Source: Carcharhinus amblyrhynchos (lineage: Eukaryota). Taken from it: a stretch of DNA of 64,000 nucleotides. The stretch's first letter is position 1; each line of letters opens with the position of its first letter. The notes under the pieces were generated by a model. The model saw only the letters and a list, made by a program, of their open reading frames with translations, was not told the origin of the DNA and made no database searches. A program made the translations under genes and the position numbers. This document shows, in pieces, positions 50,700 to 63,470 of this stretch. Location of the stretch: positions 14,694,001 to 14,758,000 of the forward strand of contig OZ336879.1 in the NCBI GenBank assembly GCA_965287045.1, in the 5' to 3' direction.

Positions 50700-53449
50700 C
50701 CCTGTATTCTTCTAATTCTAACACTTCAGAAATAAATGGGAAAATATCCATTCAAAACCCACTGAGCTTATTTCAGTACTGGGATCAGTGCCATCTTGTG
50801 ACCATCCCAAAATATACCAGGAAGCAGCATCCTATATTACTGCTATATGCAAAGGAAGATTGTCAAATGGAATTCTGTTGTTTTGTGATATGGAAATCCA
50901 ACAAATTATTCAGTTGTTCTTGTTAAGCTATCTTTTAGAAGTTTCCTATCATAGATCAAAGAAACAATTGGATCCATACTAAAGATAGTGTCTTTAATGT
51001 GATAGAAAATGTACTTGAGACCGAAATAAAGAATCTGTTATCTTTGTGTTAATGTATTGTTTCACAGCCCTTGGAGCCCTTTCACAAGCAATGAATATCC
51101 AATCTATTTATTTAATATTGATCCTTTTATTTCCTGATTCTGTGTGGAATCATAGAATCTCATAATGCAAAGGGAGACCATTTGGTCTGTCAAAAAAGCT
51201 GCTCAGATTAAGCACCCTACTCCAATCTTTCCTTATCACCCTGTAAATTAGTCTTCTTTAAGTGCACATCCAAATGCGTCTTGCAAGTTGCAATGACATC
51301 TGCATCCACCATGCTTTCAGGTAGCACATTCAAGATTGAGTAGTTGAGGAAATATTTTCCAATGAAGTTAAAGATGCCAAGTACTAATACATAAAGCACT
51401 GATTTAACACCACGTCTGAGTCATGTGGACCAACTTTTACAGATGCCCCATAGAAAGCATTCTTTTTGGATGTATCGCAACTTAGTATGGCTAAGTCTAA
51501 GTCCAAGTCCTGCTCTATCCAAGACCTTACGAAACCACAAAGGTCATGAACAAAGCCCAGTCCATCACTTAAACCAGCCTCCCTTACATTGACTCTGCCT
51601 GCACTTCCCGCTGCCTCGAAAAAGCAACCAGCATAGTTAAGGGCTCCACACATCCCGACATACTGTCTTCCATCTTCTGTTGGAAAAAAGTATATGTCTG
51701 AAGACATGTACCAACTGACTCAAGAACAGCTTCTTCTCTGCTGTCATCAGACTTTTGAATGGACCTACCTCATACTAAGTTGATCTTTCTCTACACCCCA
51801 GCTATGACTGTAACACTACATCTTGCACTCTCCTCTTTCCTTCTCTATGAACGGTATGCTTTGTGAGTATAGTGTGCAAGAAACAATATTTTCACTGTGA
51901 CAATAATAAATCAAATCAAATTGACATTAATTTTAAGGCTTGTGACTAGCGATAGTCAAGGCGTAGACTGATTGCTTTGTCCAGCTACAGTTTCACACTC
52001 CTAAGTGTTTGGGAACAATCCTTTTGGAAATCATTGTAAATTTAGATTTGGACATCAAAATTGTCTTGGGCAGAGCCTTTGAAATTGCCGCAAATATTGA
52101 GGTCAACAAGAATGACTGAACAATGCAAGTCTCTATGCATTATTCATCCCATGTTCCAGCCACTTTTTGAATTTGATCTGTAAGGCTGCAATTGAATCCT
52201 GTTAGGGGGCTGTATATTTTTTGATTTTGTTCAAAAACATGTATGTTTTTTTTTGGTTTCTACACATTGGTGGAATACATTGAAATCACGCTGGGAGCAG
52301 GCAAATGGAAAACATTTGATGGTCAAATGAATTTGTGAAACCAGGCGGTCAGTTCATGCAGATGCTGTTTTGGCTTTGAAAAATAACTTTCCTGATATTA
52401 AGGAAGCCTTCTTAAACATAACTATACAAATTCTGAAAAACCATGTGTGAAAGCTGAAGCAAAATTCTTAGCAGAGAAGTTTGAAAAGTATGATGTTGCT
52501 GTTTTCACTCCTTTATGGAACTGCTTACATCAATAAATTAATGCCATCAGCAAATCACTACAAAATTTTAATGCAACTTTATTGAATGCTGCATATGAAA
52601 TGAACATAGCTCGATGGAAGCAGGGCTACTAACATTAGCATAAAATATTGGTTTCCTAATGATGAGAATCGTACAAGACTCAAAAAGCTTTTTTTTTGAT
52701 GAAACTAGAGACAAAGATATCATTTTAAAGTGGAAAGAGAAGTTCATTGTTAAACTGCCAATGTCATTTGTGACACTGTGATGGTACAATTGCAGAGTAG
52801 AAGTGAACCTCTGAAGAAAGCTGTTGATTTATTTTATGCGCTTTTTGATAAAAGTTTAGATGAAAATGCTAAAAGCCACTGCAGCATGAAATTAAGTGAA
52901 CTCTACAGGGAGGAGATAGGTAATACAAATCTTTCTGGATAATAAAGCGAACAATTAATTTATTTAATTAATAATGGTGATCTCTGACATTCAAGTTCAC
53001 CAACTGATTTGTACAGACCTGAGAATGATGATTTGAAGGTGATCTTTCCAAATATGGGAACCATTCTGATTTGTTTTGAACAATACCTGTCACAAATGCT
53101 TCCAGTGAATGTTCGTTTTCTGTATTGAAAAGAGTTAAAAATTATTTCCAAAGTATGATGAGTCAGAAACATTTGCCGTGTTCAGCAATATTGATGATTG
53201 AAAGCATAAATTTACCTACAAAGATGTAATTGATGATATGATGAAGATAAAGGGTGGAAAAAAAAAACAATCTGAATTGCCATTTCAACAAGAAATAGAG
53301 CAAGAAGATCATACAAATCTGTCTCCCTTCCCATATTCTCTTGCTTAAATTCTGTTTTTTCAAAATGGACCACTGCTGGTCTGATATAATGAATGCAGCT
53401 GCTCATGTAATGATCCCTCTGGATTCCATCACTCTCAGGACTGGCCCTC
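50700..53449 (+). pseudogene. hAT transposase fossil (ZMYM1/Tip100-like) with 3' TIR candidate
   Basis: Zn-finger-like KSNKLFSCSC*L (~50895-50930); FIPCSSHFLNL (CxxH, from 52143); ICETRRSVHADAV; INAISKSLQ; dimerisation FPNM...TIPVTNASSECSFSVLKRVKNY (~53045-53145); end tcaggactggccctc. Confidence 0.85.
51428..51920 (+). mobile_element. Rex1/Babar-type LINE 3' end inside hAT fossil
   Basis: TNFYRCPIESILFGCIAT.YG...KNSFFSAVIRLLN; (aaatc)n tail. Confidence 0.85.
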
Positions 53450-53659
53450 AAAAAGTCTCTTTAGAACAAATAATAAAATGCTGCAGACACACAGTCACTG
53501 ATATTAGACTCACTGGACACTCCACTAATGTGAATTTATGGCAATAACTTCTTTTGTTTTGTGAGAGCAAATAGGGAATTGAAAATGACTGGAATGATAG
53601 GAATTTGAAAATGACTGAGACTCTGAAATATTTTGAATGGCAGCATATGTAGCCTGTTA

Positions 53660-53977
53660 TCATAGAATCCCTGTAGTATAGAAGGAGGCCATTCAGCCCA
53701 TTGAGTCTATACCAACCACAATCCCACCCAGGCCCTAACCCCATAACCCCACAAACACCCTGCTAATCCCCCTGAAACTAAGGGTCAATTTAGCACGGGC
53801 AATCTACCTAACCCACACATCTTTGGACTGTGGGAGGAAACCGAAGCATCCAGAGGAAACCCATGCAGGCACAGGGAGAGTGTGCAAACTCCACAGAGAC
53901 AATGATCCAAGTCGGGAATCGAACCAAGTTCCTGGCACTGTGGAGCAGCAGTGCTAACCACTGTGTCACCGTGCCGC
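53660..53977 (-). mobile_element. HE1-type V-SINE
   Basis: Full head, V core, tail. Confidence 0.9.
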
Positions 53978-54865
53978 TCCTGTTAAATGGAGTATTTGCT
54001 CCTGCACTGGTCTGTGCTGCACTTATGTTATTGGCTGATTTTTCCATCTCATATGTGCATCAGCAACTTTCATGTTTGCTCGTCTCAAGACACACAGACC
54101 ACAATATTGACCACCTTTGCTGTCATTCTGACAGGAGGTAAACTGGGATTTCAATTCAGCAATTATTCATACAGGTATGTTTTTATAAATTAAAAAAAAA
54201 GCCATGATCAATTTCTGTGGCTTTCACCTTTATGTTCTGTGGGGTGAGAGTGGTTGGGGTCAGATTACTCCAGGGTCACGTTAACACACTACAATTTTAC
54301 GATCAGTGCGAAGACAGTTCAACTTTACATTGATGCCAAATTATAGGGAGAATACACCAATAATATAGCTGCTCATTTGATAACGTGTGATATACAAATG
54401 GCAAGAAAAATCTGAAAAGTGCAAGTTATTTTTTTCATCCCTGTGTATTCCCATCTCCTAATTCATGAGTTACATCTTTAAAACATTTATACTTATCTAA
54501 ACGCTCAGTGTGAGTGATAATGTCAGATCAAATTACTCATAACTGCTAGTTAATGAGTTTCCTGCCTATCAGTTATATAAGGCAATCCTCTGAATGCATT
54601 CTGTATTCAGCACATGTATACATCTGTCCCTTTAGAATTTAGATTCCGTGCTCTTGAAAACCCATGATCACCATTCCCCTTTAAAGGTGTGTTGAGGTGG
54701 TAAACTTTTTATTACATTCTCCCAAGGAACATTTCAATGCAGTAATAAGTGCAGGGCAGCAGTGTCACGGGAAAAGACTTTTGACCTGTAGTATAACATC
54801 TGTTGTACTAAAAAGCAGATTTCACAAGTGAAAGGCTGAATTTGATAATATACAAGTCTTGACTT

Positions 54866-55631
54866 TAGTGGCAGTAAATGTGCACATCCTTCCCATGTCT
54901 AAATGGGTTTCCTCCAGGTGCTCTGGTTTCCCACCACAGGTTGAAAAATGCGCTGATCCGGTGCATTGGCCATGCTAAATTCTCCCCCTGTGTAGCCGAA
55001 AAGGTGCCTGAGTGTGGCCACGAGGGGATAAGAACATAAGAACATAAGAAATAGGAGCAGGAGTAGGCCATCTAGCCCTTCGAGCCTGCCCCGCCATTCA
55101 ATAAGATCATGGCTGATCTGTCGTGGCTCAGTTCCACATTCCCGCCCTCTCCCCATAAACCTTAATCCCTCTCTTATCAAAAACCCATCAACCCGCGTCT
55201 TAAAAATATTTAGCGAGGCAGCCTCCACCACTTCAACGGGCAGAGAATTCCAGAGATTCGCCACCCTTTGAGTGAAGAAGTTCCTCCTCAACTCCGTTCT
55301 AAACCGCCCCCCCTTTATCTTGAGGCTGTGCCCCCTAGTCCTACTGTCCTTTCTGAGCGGGAAGAGTCTCTCCACCTCTGTCCTATCCATCCCATTCATC
55401 ATCTTATACGTCTCAATGAGATCTCCCCTCATTCTTCTAAACTCCAACGAGTACAAGCCTAGTTTATTCAGCCTCTCCTCATAGCTCAACCCCCTCAACT
55501 CTGGTATCAGCCTAGTAAACCTCCTCTGCACTCCCTCCAAGGCCAAAATATCCTTGCGTAAGTTTTCACAGTAACTTCACTACAGTGTTAATGTAAGTCT
55601 ATTTGTGAAACAAATAATAAATAAACTAAAC
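54866..55631 (+). mobile_element. V-SINE type B split by CR1
   Basis: ...gtggccacgagggga | CR1 | ttttcacagtaacttcac... Confidence 0.85.
55029..55562 (-). mobile_element. Young 5'-truncated CR1 LINE
   Basis: ALEGVQRRFTRLIPELRGLSYEERL...; near-identical to 29115-29651; (aagaacat)n reverse tail. Confidence 0.95.
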
Positions 55632-55632
55632 T

Positions 55633-56078
55633 AATTGCTCTTGAGAAGGTGGTGGTGAGCAGTCTTCTTGAACTGTTACAGTCCGTGTGACGTAGGTACT
55701 CACACAGTGTTGTTAGGAAAGGCGTTCCAGGAACCTAACCCAGCAACAGTGAAAGAATGGCAATATAGCTTCAAATCAGGGTGCTGTATGGCTTGGAGGA
55801 AAACTTTCAGGTGGTGGCGTTCCCAGATATCTGCTACTCTTTGCCTTCTAGGCAGTAGAGATAATGAATTTAGAAGATGTTGTCAAAGGAGCCGTGGTGA
55901 GGCGATGCAGTGCATCTTGTAGATGGTGCAGAATCCTGCCACTGAGCATTGGTGATGGAGGGAGTGAATGGTTAAGGTAGTGAATTGGATGCCAATCAAG
56001 AGGGTTGCTTTGTCCTGGAGGGTGTCAAGCTTCTTTAGTGTTGTTGGAATTGTATTCATTCAGACAAGTGGAGAGCAT
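55633..56078 (-). mobile_element. Family C LINE 3' part
   Basis: Reverse complement homologous to 41975-42290 + 44765-44875. Confidence 0.75.
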
Positions 56079-56089
56079 TACTGACACTA

Positions 56090-56300
56090 AATTTGCACAT
56101 TCTCCCTGCGTCCTCCAGATGCTCCAGTTTCCTCCCATAATCTAAAAGATATGTTGGTTAGATGCAGTGACCATGCTAGATTCTCCCTCAGTGTACCCAA
56201 ACAGGTGCCAGAGTGTGGCGACAAGGGGATTTTCACAATAACTTCACTGCAGTTCATGTAAGCTTACTTGTGACACTAATAAAAAAACTTTAAAACTTTT
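56090..56300 (+). mobile_element. V-SINE type B, 5'-truncated
   Basis: Type B tail ending taataaaaaaactttaaaact. Confidence 0.8.
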
Positions 56301-57464
56301 TAAAGATGTGATATTGTTTTCAGGGGGTAAAGAATCGTATTCAATCCCTTGATCGTTTGGAGAGCCAGTGCAGACCCGATGGGCCGAATGGCCCTCTTCT
56401 GCTTCATGACAATTCTGTGATTCTGTGAAACCAAAGTGAGTTTGATTCTCATCCCTGTTGTAGAATATAAGGAAATATAAAGTTGCAATAAGGTAAACAG
56501 ATTTTGCAGTTGAGCATATCATTTTTGATCCTGTGTCTGCAGGAAACACAACAGGAACTCTCCTCTTCCTTTAACTTCATGTTCTATTTGAAATCATTGG
56601 AGGATACTGAAAATTATTTCAGAAACAGCAAACCTCAGATGATTTCATCTGTGTTTATGATTGTTTCCAGGGGGCTGCTTGAGTTTTTTTTTGCATTTCT
56701 GTGTGTAGCATTTCTTGTGATTTGAGCATTGCATTGCCAACACACATCCCCATGTTCTCAATAGTTTCCAGCATTCCTGTTCTTCATCTTCATGACTTGC
56801 AATGCAACAAGCCTAATACATGTTGCAAAATATCCATTTGAAAAAGGTTCACGATGGAGTGCTTGAAATTATATCAGCTCACTTCTCATCCCACTCCAAA
56901 TGTATTTTGGAGGTCAAAACAATTCTGAACTCCTCCACAACAAAGAGCAACTTTACATTCTCTTTCCCTGTTTACTTTCAACGTCAAGGGTGAAGAGCTC
57001 ACAGATTTTTTTTTGTCTTGAAGATTAAGACTATCCACCTTCATTCCTCAACCTGTCTCCTTTTATCCTGACTTTCAGCCACTCTGCCTCCTGTCCTCAT
57101 CAAGATCATTTTCTCCCTAAGGACTTGAGCTTTTGAAATTTTTTCTTAACCTATAACTCATATTATTGGGCAAATACTCACTGACATTATAAATGATTCT
57201 TTCCTCATGATCCAACCCCCTGCATCATAAAACATCCAATTTCGGACTCTTCATTTTCTCAAAATACTACCCCATTTTAATTCTCACTTCATTCTGTCAT
57301 GGCACTCTGTGCCTATATCTCTTCTCCCATCATTGCCTTCAGTTCTTGCCCTGCACACAGGCTAAGTTGATTAAGGTGATTGTGATTGTGATCTGGATTC
57401 AGTGTTCTGAGATACCCTCCTTATCTCATTACACACTGCAGAATGGGCAACCCTTCCATCTGGT

Positions 57465-57770
57465 GTAAGAGCAGTGGTCACCACTGCTGACTAACAGCAG
57501 CAGAGATCTGAGTTCAATTCCAGACTCGGGTGACTGTCTGTGTGAAGTTTGCACATTCTTTCCATGTCTGCGTGGGTTTCCTCTGGGTGCATCAGTTTCC
57601 TCCTGCGTTCCAAGGATGTGTCAATTGTCCCTTAGTTGTGCTCAGTTGTCCCTTAGCATCAGGGAGTTTAACAGGGCAAATATGTTGGTATAGGGGCTGG
57701 GTGGGATTGTTGTGCAAGTCCAATGGGCCGAACGGCCTCCTTCTGCACTGTAGGGGTTCCATGATTCTAG
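57465..57770 (+). mobile_element. HE1-type V-SINE
   Basis: Diverged head, V core gcgtgggtttcctctgggtgc, tail ggcctccttctgcactgtagggg. Confidence 0.85.
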
Positions 57771-57869
57771 AAAATACTTTACGTGTGATTTAGCTATGGC
57801 CAAAATAAATAAGATGAATAGGTGATCCAGTCACTCAAACTTGCTCTGCGCTTCTATGAAACAATGGTT

Positions 57870-58285
57870 GATCTTGAACATCAATTCCACTTTTCTTAAA
57901 TCCTCTTATTCCTTGACTTGTTTTACATATACAAATCCATCGATTTCCATCTCAAACACACTCAACAACTGTGCACCCATAGCCTTCTGGGCCAAAGAAT
58001 TTCAAACATTTACAACACCCTGACCCTAGGGCTTTCTCCTCATCACATTCCAAAATGATTAACCTCTCATGCAGAGAATATGAACCATAGATCTAGACAT
58101 TGGAATGAGGGGAAACAGTCTTTTGGCATTGGCACTATCAAAGCCATTTAGAATTTAAAACATTTCAGTAGATTTTGCCTTTCATTCTTCTAAATCTTAG
58201 GGAATACAAGCCCATTCTACTCAATCGCTTATCATAACGCAATCTTTTCAACTTTGGAATTCAATCTGGTGAATCTTTATTGCAG
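57870..58285 (-). mobile_element. Old CR1 fragment
   Basis: Decayed similarity to CR1 ORF2 end (cattcttctaaa, aatctggtgaatct). Confidence 0.6.
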
Positions 58286-58354
58286 CCCATCAGAAATAAA
58301 CAGATTAACACTTCTTCCAGGACAGCAGAACTTTTCCATTTGAGCTTTCATGGG

Positions 58355-58900
58355 AAGTGAGTGTTATTGACATGACCAGCATTTGCTGCCCATTCTTAAT
58401 TGCCCTTGGGAAGGGCAGAGCAGTGTTCTTGAACTGCTGCAGTTCATGTTGTTATGGGCATACCTTTAGTGGTGTTAGCAAAGGCGTTCCAGATTTTTGA
58501 CCCAGCAACAATGAAGAAGCAGCATTTTTTTTTTAAATCCATGGAATGTGGGCTTCGCTGGTATTCATTGCCTATCTCTAATTGCCCTTGAAAAGGGCAA
58601 CATACAGTATAACGTCAGGATTTTGTATGACTCAGAGGGGAACTTAGCTGGTGGTCCCATGCATCTGCTGCCCTTGTCCTTCTAGGTAGTAGAGGTCACT
58701 GGCTTGGAAGTGCTGTTGAAGGAGGCTTGATGAATTGCTGCAGTGTATTTTGGAGGTGGCATACACTGCTGCCACTGTGCACCAGTGGTGGAAGGAGTGA
58801 GTGTTGGAAGTGGTGGACTGAGTGCCAACAAGAAGGTTGCTCTGTCCTGAGGGTGAAACATTTCTTGATTGTTTTTGGAGCTGCACTCATCCTGGCAAGT
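58355..58900 (-). mobile_element. Family C LINE 3' part
   Basis: Colinear with 55633-56078, includes tail ccagcatttgctgcccattcttaattgccctt. Confidence 0.7.
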
Positions 58901-59022
58901 TTTCTTTATATTTTTTCATACTGTGAGCACTTGCTGCCCATCCCTAATTTCCTTTGAACTTAATGGACATGAGGCCATTTCAGAGGACAGTTAAGAGTCA
59001 ACCGCATTGCTGTCGACCTGAC

Positions 59023-59343
59023 ATGGGGTGGCACAGTGGTTAGCATTGCTGCCTCACAGCGCCAGGGACCCGAGTTCAATTCCAGGTTTGGGTCACTGTC
59101 TGTGGGGAGTTTGTACACTTTTCGTGTGTTTGCTTAGGTTTCCTCCAGGTGCTCTGGTTTCCTTCCATAGTCTAAAGATGGTTAAGATGAATTGGCCATA
59201 TTAAATTGCCTCTTAGTGTCAGGGGTGGTAGCTCGGATAAGTGCATGTGGTTATGGAGATAGAGCCTAGCTGGGTTTGTGGTCAGTGCAGACTTGATGAG
59301 CTGGATGACCTCCTTCTGCACTGTAGGATTCTATGATTCTGTG
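59023..59343 (+). mobile_element. HE1-type V-SINE inserted in family C SINE (58915-59500, minus)
   Basis: Full HE1 structure; host resumes catatgtaggccaggtcagg. Confidence 0.88.
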
Positions 59344-62300
59344 ACATCATATGTAGGCCAGGTCAGGTACAGATGACAGGTTTCCTTCTCTGAAGGATAT
59401 TAGTGAACCAAGTAGGTCTTTATAGCAATCAATAATTGTTTCTTGGTCACCATCACTGAGAATTGCTTTATATTCCCACCAGCTGCTACTTGGGATTTAA
59501 GGAATGTCATATCCAAATCTTTCCAATACTTCTGTGCTGCTCTTATTGAGGTTTTATGTGGCACCAGACCAGAGTCTGCATCCCTTCTCTTCTTCCAAGA
59601 ACACTTTGACTGCAAGAGCAGTCAAGCTTTGGGCTTTTTACTCTTCCAAAGACCTCACTGACAGCAAACCAGAAAGTTATATTTATTCCTTTTTTTCTTC
59701 TCTCTGAGCCAGAAAATTTCTGAAATCATTATTCAGCTCATAATTTTGCTACCGAGCAATCTTTATTTAAAAGAGAAACCTTTCACCCCCTATTCCAGTT
59801 CGGGAACGATTGGTTTTTATTTCAGAAAATGATTTCTGCTTTATCTCATCATGCCAATCATGTTTCTTTGTATGATCACACAGGTCTAGGCAAAACATTC
59901 TGTTGTATATGCCTGACATTTCTTTACCAGCACTTCTGTGCAGTCATTATGGCTTGCAAATTATTGGGGTTTGTCGTGTGGGCCATTTAATGTTAAGTCA
60001 ATTGTCTCCAGATTGTTACTCAATGAAAATGCTAATATTATTTGCATTATTATTATTAAAATCACTAAGATGCGTCAACAGCATGACAGACAGCTAGTCA
60101 AGATATGGCAATTATTTGTTTTCAGCACTTAGGAAAGTATCTGAATACCTACTGTAGCTTGCTTCTCAATATATATTACTCTATATGCCTTGTAACATGC
60201 TGCTTTCATCACTGGGAATGCTAAATGTTAACAACGCTGTCAGGATGAAACAAAAATATTTCTGTTCCAGGAGTCGATTGTCCGCGGAAGACTTTTTTTT
60301 TATGCTCAAGGAACAACCAACAGGAGCTGTGATTCCTGCAGGGAAGATTGGCTTTACGAGTATTCCTCTCTTCTCCCAAAATGAAGCAATCAACCATGGA
60401 GGCAGGTGGCGTGTGCAGTTGAGTAATTCCGAAACAGTAAGACTCACCTCATAGCAAAGGCAGATGAGGTTGGCTCACAAACAAAGGCCCATCTGGTCTT
60501 TGCTTATTTTAATCCCTGAGGAGCACCGATAGCTTTCATTGAAGCACAAGGGTCTGTGAACAAGATTAAAGTCAAAAACACACTGTAACTAATGCCATCA
60601 AAATGCTAAAGAAGAAACCTGGTAACCGCCGAGCACATTGCTAATGAATCATACACTCACAATTGCAGCGCACAGATGGAGGCCAATTGGCTCATTTCGC
60701 TGGTGACAGCTCTCTGAAAGAGCTATCAATGTAATATTCTGTTCCTGCCCATTCTCTTTCCCCATTTCTATTTTTCTTTTTCAAATGTTATTCCGTTTCA
60801 TTCTTATGGATTTTAGTTTTCTTCCACTCCCACTTTCCATTTCCAAATGGGAAAAAAAAACTCCTTATTTCTCCGTCATTCTTTTGGGCCTGAATGTTCC
60901 CCCTGTCTTGAAGCAGGAGTGAGGGGAATGTAAAATAGCACGGACGAATTGTCTTCAAAACCCTTCCCTTCCTGCTCGGTCATTTTACAGTGGGCAGACA
61001 GAGCCTCAAATGGGAAACCTGGAAATGACCACTTAATGGCCATTTCAGGGCCTTTTCCCACCCAGCCTCAATATTTAGGCAGATGGAAGCCCGGTGACTG
61101 CGGATGGAAGACAGAAAGAAGTTTACCCCCTCAATCTGGGATGGGGAGAGGGATGGTGCCTTGGAAAGCACCTTCAGACTGGAGGCCACTTTCCATCCAA
61201 GGACCAGAAACATCTGGCCCTCCCTACCCCCTTCATGAACCCCAGTGCATTCCTTACTCTCAACACCCATGGACCCCACATACTCATCAGCACAGCAGTT
61301 CAAAGTACTTAGCCTCAGGTACAGTGCCACAGTACCTCTTCTAGCCACTGCAGCGCTGTGCCTGGATGGATTGAAAGACTGCCGGCCAATACTCCAAGGA
61401 GGAACTTCCTTCTGTAATGACTTCAATCGGGACATTGAGGTTGGCCTATTGGAATATGAATTCCCTGATTAAGGAGTCAATTGATGGGCTAATCAGAGAG
61501 TCTTCTCTTTTTATTTAACCAGGAGTGTTAGTTCCTGTGGCACTCTTGAAGGTTTAACTGCTGACTGATAGCACTCTGTGCACTGCTATTGGAATTATAA
61601 ATAAACAAATTCGAGTGACAGGACTTTTGCCTCTGAAGACTTATTGCACCTTTCAAGTGCAGATGCAAGTCCTACCTGCTGACAACCAATGCTCATCAGG
61701 GCGTAAAATGGCAACAGACCTGTCAGCCATCCTAAAATCAGCCAAGAAAGACATCTGCTTCAGAGATCATGAAATAGACTTTGTAGCCCCGAGTATATTA
61801 ACAGCCAGTCTTTATCAACAACTCATAACTATATCTGTTGAGGGTGCAGGTATGGATCTGTCTCCATCCCAGACCCTTATGCATCGCTGTTCATCTCTAG
61901 ACTAACCCTTGTTCTATGTCTACGCCTTCTTACCATCACTGTGCAGGTAGTACTGTATTCAGTCCTACATTATCCCTGTATATAACAGACTGTACTACTA
62001 AGTGATAGCTTAATTTTGTACCCTTTAATTAGCAGCTCTACAACCAGTGGAAAGCTTTTTTTTTCCTCTATCTTGCTTATCAAAATCTTTCTCATTATGA
62101 ATACCTCAATAAAATCATCTCTTAACATTGACAGAAAATTGACTTCCTCCAGTTTCATCTCATAATTAACCATTCTTAATTCCCTGGTCCCACCTTATTC
62201 AAATCAAGCAATTCATTGTGCTAACTTCAGCAAGACTCTGCTGAACGATCCAATAATTGCACTCATTCAAATCTAGACACAAGAATTTACACTCGGACTT

Positions 62301-62739
62301 GTGAAGGAGAGAACCTCCAGGTCCATGAAGCATGGACCAAAACTGAGGAGTTTGCGATTCTGATAATCTTCAGAATTATGGTGAGTTACTGCTCTCGCTG
62401 GATAAGGGTCTAACCAATTTCAGGCAACTCAGACTTCAGCGGTAAGGGATGGGGCGGGGGGAGGGGGGGTTGTGGAGTTGACATGCAGAATTATTTTGGG
62501 GTGGGATGGGGGAGGTTGGTGATTGGAAGTTGGATGTGCACGTGCTAACAGCCTTTTCCATTTTAATATTGACAAAGGAGAAATGCTCTTGTCTCAACAT
62601 CAAGGGAAATTGAAAATCATAACCATTAGAACTCTTTTTCCACCTCCTGTGTTCCCTTTAAGGATCACTAGTTAGGCCACTGTAGAACTTTGAAGAGTAG
62701 TCAGAACTTTCCCAACTCATTGAAGGTGCTATGATTTCA

Positions 62740-63470
62740 CAGAAACATAGAAAATAGAAACAGGAGTGTGTCATTTGACTCTTCAAACCTGCTCTGCCAT
62801 TCATTTTGATCATGGCTGATCATCAAATTCAATATCCTGATCCTGCCTTTCTCCCCATATCCCTTGATCACTTTAGTTCTGAGAGCTATATCTAATTTCT
62901 TCTTGGAATCAAACAAGGGTTTAGAGTCTTAGAGGTTTAGCGTGGAAACAAGACCTTCAGCCCACCTTGTCCATGCCGCCCTCTTTTTTAAACCCCTAAG
63001 TTAATCCCAATTGCCTGCATTTGGCCCATATCCCTCTATACATATCTTAGCCATGTAACTATCTAAACGCTTTTTAAAAGACAAAATTGTAATTTCCTCT
63101 ACTACCTCTGGCAGCTTGCTGCAAAGGAAAAAGTCCTAGCCTGACCAATTTCTCCCCATAACTCAGTCCTTTGAGTCCTGGTAACATTCTTGTTAATCTC
63201 TTCTGCACTGTCTCCAGTTCAATAACACCTTTCCAAAAGTAAAGTGAACGAAACTGAACACAATACTCCAGGTGTGGCCTCACTAACATGCTGTACAGCT
63301 GTAAAATGACTTCTTAATTTCTCAACAGTCTGGTAAACCTTCACTGCACTCCCTCTGTAGCAAGGGCATCCTTTCTCAGATAAGGACACCTGCATAAAAT
63401 ACTCCAGGTTTGGCCTCAACCACTGCCTTATACAATTGCAGTAAAACATCCCTATTCCTGTACTTAAATC
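62740..63470 (-). mobile_element. Cluster of nested CR1 3' fragments
   Basis: Two reverse tails (62740, ~62920); ORFs 63074-63289 LVRPHLEYCVQF and 63219-63449 LRPNLEY. Confidence 0.8.

Noticed and set aside
54899-55546. 215-aa ORF as intact gene
   Set aside because: CR1 fragment whose frameshift runs through the 3' UTR into the SINE
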